A stretch of 64,000 bases of DNA. Source: Octopus sinensis (Eukaryota). The notes beneath the pieces were generated by a model. That model saw nothing but the letters and a program-made list of their open reading frames with translations. It was not told the origin of the DNA and did no database searches. The first letter of the stretch is position 1; each line of letters starts with the position of its first letter. The translations under genes were made by a program, and so were the position numbers. Shown in pieces: positions 1 through 12,560 of the stretch. The DNA lies in the NCBI RefSeq assembly GCF_006345805.1, contig NC_042999.1:96224001-96288000 (forward strand). The letters run 5' to 3'.

Positions 1-2932
1 ACTTCTTCACAGTCACTTACATTTCATCTGTATCTTCAAATCATTGTTGCCAAAGATTGTCTTTCATTGGATGAAAAGATAGGTATCAGAGGGTACTGAT
101 CGAAGCAAAGCAGTGGATGGGGTATCATTAACCAACTCAATTTTCCAGTTGTTTTATTTGTTGCCCAAGATGTGTGAGATCATACATTGCCATGATGATA
201 GTTGATCGTTTTCAGGTTCTTGCTTAGTCTCTTTCTGTTGATGACTTCTCTAAACCTTTTGATGTTTCAGTACACCTATTCTTGTTTGTAGAACAGCTGT
301 ATTTCTTGTTTGACAAATACTTTATAAGGCTTACTATGTATATGGATTGTCTGTCTTTTTTGGCAATAACAGTAACCTAGTAAAGAAGCAGCTCTCTCTA
401 AAGATACAACACATAACTAAAATACAGTTTTATGTGTATAAGCTCTTAAATAAAGGACGTAAGCACTTAGAATTTTCTCATCAATTTGTTATCTAACCAT
501 TTATATAGAATGTCATACACATGCCTACTTACACACATGTAACCCCACACTCACATACATGGAAGAGTCCTTGATCAGTTATAGGAAAAGAGGATGAAAA
601 TTGCTACCGAAATTTTAATAATGAAAGTTATTTAGAAAGTATTGGAATTTTCATAATAAATTTGTTTGTAAGTATGCTGAATATGAATTGCTGGGACGAT
701 AAATATTTTCTCTAATGAGAAAGTCTGTTGCAGAGCTAATTATAAAAGCTATTTAGCTGCTGTAATTGTACCCACTAAATGTTTAATAACAAAGATTAAG
801 GTGAAACAATGGATTTCTCTCATAGTACTGAACTAAGTAAAATATAGAAGGTTTGATGATTAAACAGTTTAAAGTTAAAATTCTGCTATGACTTACCATT
901 TAACACTGGACTCATGACATTTCATAATATTCCATAACCATTTAGTTATATTATGTGCTATATGTTTGTTTTAGTATTGTTTTGTTAGAGCTGGATACTC
1001 AAAATTTGTATTCACATGGGATTTCTAATCCATCTGAAGAATAACTGCAGATTTTATTTTAGTCCATCTATTATATCTTTGAGTGCTCTCTAGTTTGATC
1101 TCTTAATAATACAAATTAAATAACATCTAATTTTCAACAGAAATTGGTAAATTTATTATGTTGTTATATACATAATTTAGTAATGGAGCTATTGGAGCAA
1201 AGCCTCTTAATTATACATTAGATGGCTAGGCTGATACATTCTAGTCATTTATTTTCAACTCTAACCCTAAGTTCTCTATAAATAATATATATATAAACAA
1301 AGATTACAAGTTGTCATACAATGGAACAAATATATTTCTCTATTTCTCTTTGAAGATATTTCAGTGTAAGGCATTTAATTTTTGAGGGTGGAGGCAGGTT
1401 GTGTGTATGTTTTTATATATCACATGAAACCTTAACTATAATAAATACAACATTGAATTAATGCAATTCTTTCTAAATGGCAAATGGTTGAAATTGAACT
1501 CTATTCCAAATGTGAGAGAATTTTGTTTTTACTATTGAATATTTTATGCTTTCTATAAAATCTCGAAAAGTATTTCAGAAATATGTTAGAAAGTTCTCAA
1601 TACACAAATCGAAGTTCATTAAATTTTATCATATTCTAGCATGTCCTTCAATTATTTTCTTTTATTAGTTATATTTGTTGTTTTTGTTTGTCAAATATAT
1701 ATGCATTATTTTTGTGTATATGTGTATTCATTGATGTACATGTAGCCTTTGGTGAGTATATATCTACATGCAAACATGCATAGTTAAAGCACTTAAGCTA
1801 CTCATGTATGATATCAAAGAAATGTATTTTGTATCTGTAACTATGTGATGGAATGGAATTTTCTGTTCATACAAAGTAAATAGAGTTGCACTATGAATCA
1901 GGCTCTTAGATTATTTGTAGTTGCTTATTTTCATAAGTATTCTGCTTATGACCTTGCACAGGACAGTTAATGGTATTAGCTGGTCTACCATGACTGAATC
2001 ATGAGATCCTTGACATTTTTGAGGATTCGGTTAAAGTATGGCTCAATGTAACTAGAATAACAAATAACTTTAGCATTTGTCATATAGAATGCAATTGTTA
2101 TTTTTATGGTAGGTATTAATTTTTCATCAGAGATAAGCTGGTGTTTGATAATATTAAATACATTTAACAGTCTAGTGAAACCTGTACTCAAACTTTCATT
2201 GATTTCAAATATTATCATATCTATTTGGATGATTGTATGAAATGTCTTTTCTCTACTCTTTCTTGTGGTTAAGTATGCATGCACACACACATGTATACAC
2301 ACACATACACTTCCAGTAATATTTACTCAAGAGAATTTAGGATATATTTTCATTGACCAAGACCCATAGTTCAATGATGTAAAAAGATTTTGGTTTATCA
2401 CACAAAGTGCTAAAATATATTGTATTTCTAATTGTATAAATTTTTGTGACTTTATGAATAACTATTCACAAAACTATATTACTAATTGAATAGTTAAGAA
2501 TATATTTTGATTGTTCTTTTCAGTTCAATTCTGTATTTTATATCATTTTATTTTTTATAAGTATTTTTCAAATGCAATGTAAAGTTCTTAAAAATCTACC
2601 TGTCAAGATTCATGTTCATACAGAATATGTATAAAAATACATTTAGAGTAATTGAATCATACAAGCATTAAATCATACTGAAGTTTTGTCTGTGTGATAG
2701 TGAACTATATAACATAAGATTATAAAACTTAATACTTCAAAGACATTTTTTTAATACTTAATTACTAACATTTTTATGTATTTAACAACCAGTCTGTATT
2801 ATTATTTTAGATCCTTCACCTTTCTACTTAAATATTTCTTCTTTTCTGTCTTTACTGTACTACATTATTTGTGAAATATTTGTTAGATAAACATTTTCAA
2901 CTCTTTATTTGCAAATCATTATCATCATCATC

Positions 2933-2964
<32 letters not shown>

Positions 2965-4611
2965 TGGTATGTGTGCCTGTGTGTGTGTTTTGTATTATGA
3001 ACATGAAAATACATTTTTTGTCAATTTTCAGTTGTGTGAAAATTATAAAGCTTTCCACTAATACTTGTATTTTTTGACAGGTTCATTTTTTTATCTATTT
3101 TTTTAATGTATTATTATTGATCTTTATTGTATTCTGCCTTCTATTTATGATGATGTTGGTGACAGTAGTTGCTAGTTTCACTAAAATCATTTGCTCTTTT
3201 AAAGCAATTCAGATTTTCCCTCTTCCTTATAGAGATTCTCATTTCAAATGCTATGTCAGTTGATCTAAATGTTATTGTTTACATGATTTGTAACAAGTCA
3301 AAAAGTTTATTATTGCTAATCAGTTGCTTTTATCTGTGCCATAAATCTTGAAATGAGTGAGGCCAGATTGACATCAGTCAATGCAAACTCAATCCTAAAG
3401 CATTGAACAGAAATCTTTATTCCTGAAAAATGCTGTTTTGTTTGTAGTTTGATAAAAGTATGAACATTTATATCTATTTAGTTCAGCTACTTATGCTTCA
3501 GAAAAGAAATATATATCAAAAGTATTTTTTAAATAAATACTTAGCTGTATTACAAATGTTAAATTGTTATAAAGTATTTTCTCTCATTTTAAATATTAAA
3601 TTACTTTTACTAAACTCATCACCATAGTAATCTTTCATTTACTCATAGACTTCTGATTAATTATATAATAATACTCTGCAATATAGCAACATATTTTGTC
3701 TATATATGTAAATATATAAATGTATTTGTTGACTGCTATTTATATTGGCAAATAAATTCCTACCCATGTGTATGTTACAACATTAAACAAACCAATACAA
3801 TAAAATGTCAATACGTGCTTCAATATTATATATCAACCAATATACACTTTAACAAAGTAGAATACCAATCAATGTAAAGATATATCAAACTCTTTAGTTC
3901 TCTTCTTTCTATTGCACCACACACAAAATAAATATAATCTTCTTCTGCTCACATATAGTATTTTTCAGACTTACATGATGGTAGGAAAGCTATATAATAG
4001 GATGGGTGTAATGGTAATAAATAAGCATGTATTTCAGTGAATAAAGTGTAGTCAATCACAGAAATTTAGTTTAGTAATGGATGTTTCCAGCCAGTTCAGC
4101 TACTAAGATCTAAAACATTTCAACTGAAATATTGAACACAACCACTTCAACAATATTGCTTACTTAAAGACTATAGCTTCAACTTTTCAACTCTAGATTC
4201 ATACAAAATAGCTCTTATGGCAGCCAATTTGAACCACAACAGTTTAAAAGACGAAACAATTCTATTGGAGGGACATAAGGAAATGCTTATGATATTCATA
4301 GAATGTATCAACATAAATTGTATGATAGCATGGCATGTTTATACTTTGTTATATGACTGATAAAGTAGTGAAGAACAAATTATTGTGTTTTGCAAACTGT
4401 AATAGCTATCTGAGTGTAATAATATATTTATAACAGTGTGCAAAGTTTTTTCTGATCAAGGTATACTTTTGTAACAATAAACAGTTTGTATCAATATTTA
4501 CATAAATCCTAGAAAAAGCAATACAGAATTTTTCAATATCTATATTTATGTTTTGTTATAGTATTTTCAATTACACACATACACACACAAATTTCAAATG
4601 AAAGCAATCTT

Positions 4612-4994
4612 AGCATGACTGTATAGTAAGAAGCTTTGCTTACCAACCACATGGTTTCCTGTTCAGTTCTACTGTGTGGCACCTTGGGTTAGTGTCTTCT
4701 ACTATAGCTTTGGGCTGACCAAAGCCTTGTGTGTGGATTTTGTAGATGGAAACTGGAAGAAGCCCATCATATATGTATGTATATATTTGTGTATGCATCT
4801 GTGTTTGTCCCCCACTATCGCTAGACAACCGATGTTAGTGTGTTTATGTCCCCGTAAATCAGCAGTTCAGCAGAAGAGGCTGATAGAATAAGTTCTAGGC
4901 TTACAAAGAATAAGTTCTGGGGACAATTTGTTTGACTAAAGGCAGTGCTCCAGCATGGCTGCAGTCAAATGACTGAAACAAGTAAATGAATAAA
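4612..4994 (+). mobile_element. tRNA-derived SINE, family A (head + TA/TG microsatellite + tail A)
   Basis: Aligns end to end with copies at 15722-16121 (-) and 51741-52098 (+); ends ...gactgaaacaagtaaatgaataaag. Confidence 0.85.
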
Positions 4995-5277
4995 GGAATC
5001 TTCAATCTTTGCATTATTTTTCTACTTAAACATTATTGTTGTTTTGATAGGAAAACAAAAAGTAATAATTTTTATATATAAATAAGATGGATCAGGAACT
5101 TTTTTTAAATATCAGTTCATTATCAAAACATTCCTGTAACTAGTTTAACCTAAAACAATAAACTGATATATTCTAGAATAAATTAAAAAGTAGAACAGAT
5201 GATTGGTGGTATATGGTTCTTGAAACTAAGTTGTGGTAATACTGTGTTTGTGTGTATAAATATAAATAAATAAATAA

Positions 5278-5324
<47 letters not shown>

Positions 5325-5539
5325 GAGTATTGAGTATGTTTTTAGTAGTTAGCCTATGAAGCACGTTCACTGCCTATGACTGCCTGATGTCATCCACAGT
5401 ATTTACACAATTGTTGTTGAATCCACCTCAGGAATTCTGCTGTGTTCTTTGAGTATATAACATTTACATCTCTATCATTTGGTATATTCCATTTTCTGTC
5501 CCTGTCATTTGTTATATATATATATATATATAACAAGCA

Positions 5540-6478
5540 TGCACAACTGGACCCTTTCACCCAGTTTCCTTCCCTCTTATGATGCCATCCAGAATCTCTC
5601 TAGGTACAGATCTTCCTTGGTACCTCTTTTCTAATCATCTAAAATGATTTCATTCCTTATCCATGAATACTTTTCTCTCCCTGATATTAATATACACTTT
5701 CAATGATACACCTTGCCACTGAGCCACCAAATTGCCTCTCCAACATTCTCTTTCTGCTCAGGCACTACACTTACCTTTCTCTCTGCACACACACTCCATA
5801 CCTAACCACGTGTTATCTCTTCCATCATTCTTCTATCTAATGTACTATCATTACAATTCTGCTGATCTATACTGTCAGTCATCTCTTGATCCTCTTACCT
5901 CTCCTAACTCATTGTCAGCCATCCTTTAATCCTACCCAACCTTTGCAGTGGTTGTCTCCCTTCCCTCACCTATTCCCCATTGCTCACTCACCCATGTTCC
6001 CCTGCAATCTCCACCCTGCCACACTCTTGGTCTCTGTTCCACTTCTACCCACCCAGTACCTTGAGGGTCCACTCTGACACCATTACTTTTTTCTTTTTCC
6101 AACTCCTACTTGATCACCTCTTCCCTGTCTGTGAAGATGTGAGTAGTTATGCTACAGCAAGAAACCTGGTCTGCTCTGGCCCTGTCTCATAATTTTACCT
6201 CCAATCTCCTTACATGAAACTGCCCCTCCTTCCCTCTGGGTCCATAGCTTTGCAAGCTGAATAGCAATCTCACTAGTGCTGGTGGCTTGGAAAATGCACA
6301 GAGTATCAACCGCAAATTGTTTGGTATTAAGAAATGCATCCAACTGTAGAAATTATGCTAAAACAGACTGGAACACAATGCAGTCTTTTGACCTAGCAGA
6401 AACTTTCAAACTGCCTAACCCATGCCAGCCTGGAACATGGACATTAAATGATGATGATGCTGCTGAAGATTTATGCTT
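5540..6478 (+). mobile_element. Degenerate RTE-type LINE 3' UTR, sense orientation
   Basis: Pyrimidine-rich body, then ttggtattaagaaatgcatccaactgtagaaa...ccatgccagc...atgatgatgatg tail; reverse complement of the minus-strand RTE tails. Confidence 0.65.
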
Positions 6479-7275
6479 CTAATGAATATGTTCATTGCTA
6501 ATCTACATCTTATACACCCAGAAGCCTATAGTAGTAATCATAGGCTGACATAAATTCAAATATTTTCTCACTAATCTTACTAAAAGTTACAGCATACATT
6601 ATATATATGAACAGCTTTAAATATGTATGTATTTACATATTTATACTTGTACATATATACATATCTGAATCTAAGTGACATACTTGCAATAAAAATGATA
6701 TAATGTTATAAGCTGATGATGATTATGGAATGGTTTTATTGAAATAGTAGTTCAGTGTAGTGAAGTTGTACACTACAAATATAAAGAAACTAGTTCCTTA
6801 TCTTTCCTATGAACAAAGTGCTTACTTTATTTTTGAGTAATATTTAATTAATGTAATTTTAAATATAAATTTCATGTGTTTTAAGTGATTGTTTGTTGTT
6901 AAATAGCCTTGATGATCTATTTTGAGGATGTGTGGGACAGAGATTGCCTTTTAAACACTTAACAATAACTCACATAAATCTGGCTTCCCAAATACATTGA
7001 TATGTAACATACAGGTTTGAGTTAAACATTAATGCTTGATCTGTTGCTGCCATTTTTTTTAGAACAACCTTTAATTTGCCATGAAATTTAGAAGTCAAAA
7101 CATGTTTGTAATTTTAAATGCAGTAGGAAGTTTGTTGATAAAGGTTGTTATATAAATGCTTGGCACGCTACGATTGGACATACCAAATATTTATACAAAA
7201 GCCCTTGCTCTGAACCATATTCATTGAATGCACTGCTTGCAGCAATGTAAAGCCAATTTCTTCAGTTACCAAATC

Positions 7276-7641
7276 AAACAAGAGCACTCAGAGAGCGCAA
7301 ACCTCCACCAAGGCAACACCAATGTCCTCTCAACGATTAGCCAAAGATGATTTTTAAAATGAGAATATCAGAAATAATCTCGACTGCTCTCTCAAACGAG
7401 AATACTAAAACTGAGCCCAACCACTCTTAAAAATTAAGTAAAAAACAGGAAAAATAATCCAGAATCCTTATCCAGTACTGAATCTATCTCAAAATCTAAT
7501 CAGTTTGTGCCAGTCACGAGGCCAAACATCTCTGAAGGTTTCATCCAAATCCATCCAGTGGTTCTTGAGCTATCTTGTCCATGGATAAACAAACAAACTA
7601 ATGCAACTGTAAACAATACCTTCACTAAGGCAGAGGTAATA
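7276..7641 (-). mobile_element. Non-autonomous Helentron-type element (HINE-like)
   Basis: Short sub-terminal inverted repeats (acctccacc 7301 / ggcagaggt 7629), terminal hairpin gcactc-aga-gagcgc (7284-7298), (AAAC)n at ~7587-7598, no coding capacity. Confidence 0.6.
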
Positions 7642-9600
7642 AAATGCAACTGGTCATTAAAGGCTACAACCTTCCACACAAGATTTTCATATACACTCAG
7701 TTCCAATCTATCCTGTATCATTCTTTCCTGAATACCATATCTTCTGTATTTAAATTATAAGCCGAAGTATTTTAAAATATTAATTTGTATCATTTATACT
7801 AACCTAACGTGTTATTATATTCCATATACACTGAATTAATAATTCATTATGCAGTTTATTGCTGCTTTAGCAATATCAAATTTAAATTAAAAGCTATACT
7901 ACTTAAAAACAAGCCTGTTAAAATGGTGCAATCAAAAGTTGTAATTAATAATAAATTTATTTATTCTTTGGGATGTTGTTGTTCTGCAATGGTTGCAGAT
8001 GATTTAGTGGAGTAGATAGTTCCTATTATCCAATAAATGAATAAAAAAAAACAAGCAAACATTTATAACTAGCTAAAATAAAATGAAAAACAGGCACTTT
8101 TACAGCAGGCTAAAATAAAATTATAATTAAAAACTAAAATATAAATTAAAATTTGATTCATACATCAACAGACACAAATGTACTGATAGCTATTAGGACA
8201 GGTGGAATTATAATATTGTTCTTTATTTCACTTGGTACTTTTTTTGCATGATTAATTTTTGAACCAAACATAAAGAATTAATATTCTAAAATGTATAGTG
8301 GAAATCATTAAACAAAACTGAATGATGCAGATTTAAAGGAAGGCATGCAGAGAAGTTTCAATTAAGATCCTCTAAAATTTGATCTACCAAGTAGGGAGAT
8401 TACCATTTGTTGTTTCTAACAACAAATAGTAAAAGTCAGAAAGGGAAAGAATAAAAGAAATTACAGAAATTCTGCAATTTTTTGATTCAGAAAGAAAAGT
8501 AAAAATATTAAAAATATATATAAAAAGGAAAGAAAACTAAAAACAAAGAACAAATTTTTCTTTATATTCTGAAAACTGATTGAAAATATAATGGGTTGAG
8601 GAGTACATACTGCTTTCTTTTTTTCCTTTCATTCCTTCTACTAGTTTTATACAAATCAAAAGATGTCTTGTTTGATCAAATGTTAACTCTGAAAACTTTG
8701 TAAATGCGGTTTTGTTAATTTTAATAAAAAAAAATTCATTAAAATAGCAGGTAATTCTCTCTCTCTCATTTTTTTCCCAGTATATTCCTATCAGTTTAGT
8801 TATCCTACAGAATAATAGTGATTTTACAGAATAATGTTGCTTAAAGCACTTGCAGCCGAACTATAATTATTTTCTCATTTTACAGTGCTTTATTCAATGG
8901 AAATTTCATTTAACAAAGAAACAATGAAGTTAAATGAAGAGAGTTTTATTTAGTATTTTGTTTTATCTGAAATAATTTTTTTCATATTGACTTCTTTTAT
9001 TCTTTTTTTATTATTTTGTTTTCTTAATTTATCATTATATTATATTTGATAGCCTATCTCCTTGTCCTGTACTTATTACTTTACTTATTTCTAAAGTCAA
9101 ATTAATTTTGACTAAATAATACTTTGCTTAGTATCAAGATTATGACAGTAAAAATGCAACTCAGTACAACAGTTTTGATACAAGCAATAAGAATTAGATT
9201 GCCACCAATTTAAAGGTTAATTTATTTTGGGCCAACCTGACTAATCATAGCTGCAGTGTATATGTTCAATCATTTTATGGCAAAAATGAGGATTTCTTCT
9301 TGAAAAACTCAGTTTCTATAAAACTTTACTATACCTTTGCCATGGAAGTGCATAGATTTTTATCCACAAATATACCATCAAGCATGTTCATTTCTGCCTG
9401 TTACCTGTTACATAAATACTGTGGATAGTTAGTAATATTAGCCGGAATATAATGACTAAAGGCAAAAAATTTTCTAACTTCTTAAACTGAAACTTGTAGA
9501 TGTTTACATTTATATTCAGAAATAAATAACAATATCTTACTCTAAGCTGAATTACATACTCTAAATTGTACCATTGTCAAAATGGTGTTTACTATTCTTA

Positions 9601-10878
9601 TTTCATCAGCATCATCTTCCTGCTATGGTCCATTATCATCGTCATTGTTTAAAGTCCTTCCATGCTTGCATGGTTTGAATAGTTTGACAGGAGCTGGCCA
9701 GGTGGAAGCCTGCACCATGCCTCTGTGTCTGTTTTGACATGGTTTTCATGGCTGGATGCCTTTCCTAACACCAACCACTCCATAGAGTGGGCTGAGTGCT
9801 TTTTAAGTGGCGAACATTTTATTGCTGGATGCCCTTCCAAATGCCAACCACTATATTGTGTGGACTGGGTGCTATTTAAGTGGCACCTGCACTGGTGGGG
9901 TCACTAAGTGACTTTGCAACACAAAGAGTCTTTGAGATGAGAGGGGGGGGGCATTGTGTCAGATGATGAAAAATTCAAGTGTAACAGAGAAGTAGAAACA
10001 GATATCATGCTGTAGAGGAGGTCTATGGCTACCCAGACAGAGAGAGGGAGAGAGAGAAGAGAAAGAGAGCAAGAATTAAAAAGAATGAGGGCAGAAACAG
10101 TTACCTGAAGAGAGAGAGAGAGAGAGAGAGAGAGGGAATTAACAAGAAAGAGTTGTATTGCTGTAAAGGAGATACATGGTTACCTAGCCAGTGGTAAGAG
10201 CAAGGGAAGGAGGGAGTGAAAATGATCTAGAATGACAGAAATGGGTTTATTGCTGTAGGGGAGATACATGATTACTCAGCCAGAGGAGACAGCAAGGGAA
10301 ATGGAGAGAGAGTAGGAGACAGTAAGAGCAGGAGAGGGAAGGTGGGAAGTGCCATGGTATACTTGCAAGGAACAAGAGATCAGGGCATAGATGGGATGGT
10401 AGAGTTAGGAAGAGGGAGATGAATGGTGACAAGTGCTGGCAGGATGTTGCCAAGGAGTTGGAAGTGGGGGGGTGAAGGAATGTGGTGACTAGTGAGAATC
10501 TGGGTAGAAAGGGAGGGGACGGGAGAGGCAACAATACAGTTAGCAGGGTAGTGTGGATGGATTGGGGAGTGAGGAATGCTGTGACTGGTGAGAATCTGGA
10601 AATGTGAGCAGGGTAGCAAGGACTGGATTGGAGAGTGGGAGATAATCATAGTGTATGAAGAGAAACAGTTTGGGAAGGGGATATAGTTTGGTTTGTTGGG
10701 GTAGGGTGTGTGAAAGTTTTATTGTAATGTGTGGGTGGGCACAATACTTCTAGAACTAACTCAGGTTTGCTGACCTGGGGATGGGGATGTAGTTTGGTCT
10801 GTTGGGGTAGGGTGTGTGAAAGTTTTATTGTTGCATGTGGGTGGGACACAATACTTCTAGAATTCAGGTTTGCTGATA
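9601..10878 (-). mobile_element. 5'-truncated RTE LINE, 3' UTR only
   Basis: CAT-rich tail, 'gctggatgccttcctaacaccaacc' motif twice, purine-rich body, tandem ~106-bp unit at 10681-10876; colinear with the next copy. Confidence 0.75.
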
Positions 10879-10907
10879 TGTATGTGTGTGTGTATATATA
10901 TATATAA

Positions 10908-12560
10908 AATCATCATCATCATCATCATTGTTTAACATCCACTTTCTGTGCTGGCATGGGTGGGACACATTGACAGGAGCCAGCCAAGTAGAAGCTAGAA
11001 GCCTGCACCAGACTTCTGTGATTGTTTTGGCAGGATTTTTAAAAATAGATGCCCTCCCTAATACCAGTCACCCAGTAGAGTGGACTTAGTGCTTTTTATG
11101 TGGCACAAGCACAGACAAGGTTCATTTTGGAAAGGTTTTTACAGCTGGATGCTCTTCCAAATGCCAACCACTCAACAGTGTGGACTTTTTAATTTGCACC
11201 TGTTTTTTAATTTGCACCTGCACTGACAGGATCACCAAGTAACTTGCAAAACAAAAATCTTTTGAGAGGGGAGGGGGCACTGGAGGAGGTGATCTTGTAT
11301 CAGATGATGAAAGGTTATATTGAGACAGAGAGACAGAAACAGGCATCTTGCTGTAGAGGAGGTATGAGGTTACTCTGCCCAAGAGAGAGAGAGAGAGAGC
11401 TGGGTCAGGAATGAGGACAGAAACAGGTATGCTGCTGCAAAGGAGATACAGAACCTGAAAGAAGTTCAGGAGGAGAGAGTGTGGGAGACATCAGGATAGA
11501 AATGGTGGCAAAGTGCTGGGTATACTCACATGGGACAAGGATCAGAATATAAATGGGATGATCAAGTAAAGGCAGAGAGGGATATAGATGGTGGCAAGTG
11601 CCAGGGCATACCCTTGAGGTTCGAAGGTCATAATATAAGTGGCAGGATAGAGCCAAAGAAGTGTGATTAGAAAGTAGGGAATGGAAGTGAGTGATGAAAA
11701 CCTGGGTATATAGAATGTGCAGTGGGGAGCACTGGAGAGCAATGATACAGAGAAACAGGGCTGTGAGGACAAGATGACAGGATTGGGGAGTGAGAGGTAG
11801 GCATAGGGCAAGGAGGAGGAAATGTGTGGAAGCGAAAAGATATAGATTGGTTTGTTGGAGTAGGGTAAGTGAAAAGTTTTCTTGTTACATGTGGGTGGAA
11901 CACAAGTTGGGGGCTGGCAGATAGCAATGATACAGATGTAGTTTGGTTTGTTGAAGTACAGTGTGTAAGAACTTTTCTTATGTGTGGGTGGGACTCACTG
12001 CTTCTAGAACTCAGTTTCACTGACTTAGGCAGGTCTCCTCAATCTTATATCGCCAGATATCTCATTCCATTGCCATTTCCTCTGTGAGACCCAACACCCT
12101 AAGATCTGTCCTTACCATTCATCCCATGTTTTCCTGGGTCTCCCTCTTCCACAGGTACCATCCACTTTCAGTGATCAGGACTTCTTTATGCAATTGTCCT
12201 TATTCATACGCATCACATGTCCAAACCAATGTAGTCTTCTCTCTTGTATGTTACATTTGATTCTTCTTACACCCAACTTTTCTCTCAATACATTTGCACT
12301 TTGTTGTACATGCACACTGATGATGCACATTCAATGGAGTATACTGCCTTAATTTCTCTCCAGTCTGCACATGTCTTCTCCATTCAAAGCCCATGTCTCA
12401 CTACCATGGAGTATAGCTGTTTACGCACAAGCAACATACAGTCTACCTTTCACTCTGAAAGAGAGTCCTTTTATTGCCATCAAAGTTAAATAGCTCTCTG
12501 AAACTTCTTCCACCCTATTTTTATTCTAGAAACAATACTTTCAGAGCATCCTCCACCATT
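10908..12560 (-). mobile_element. 5'-truncated RTE LINE with ORF2 C-terminus and ~1.15-kb 3' UTR
   Basis: Minus strand reads GGGCSESIVSRIKIGWKKF, QERRLHWFGHVMRMNKDNCIK and a GRGRPRKTW-like end (frameshifted); (CAT)n tail at 10908-10928. Confidence 0.85.

Noticed and set aside
1-420. Possible Penelope-like or coding relic at the window start
   Set aside because: No convincing motif in any frame that I could verify.
1746-1751. tgtag|CCTTTG|gtgagt 6-nt microexon-like site
   Set aside because: Strong donor but almost no polypyrimidine tract; likely chance.
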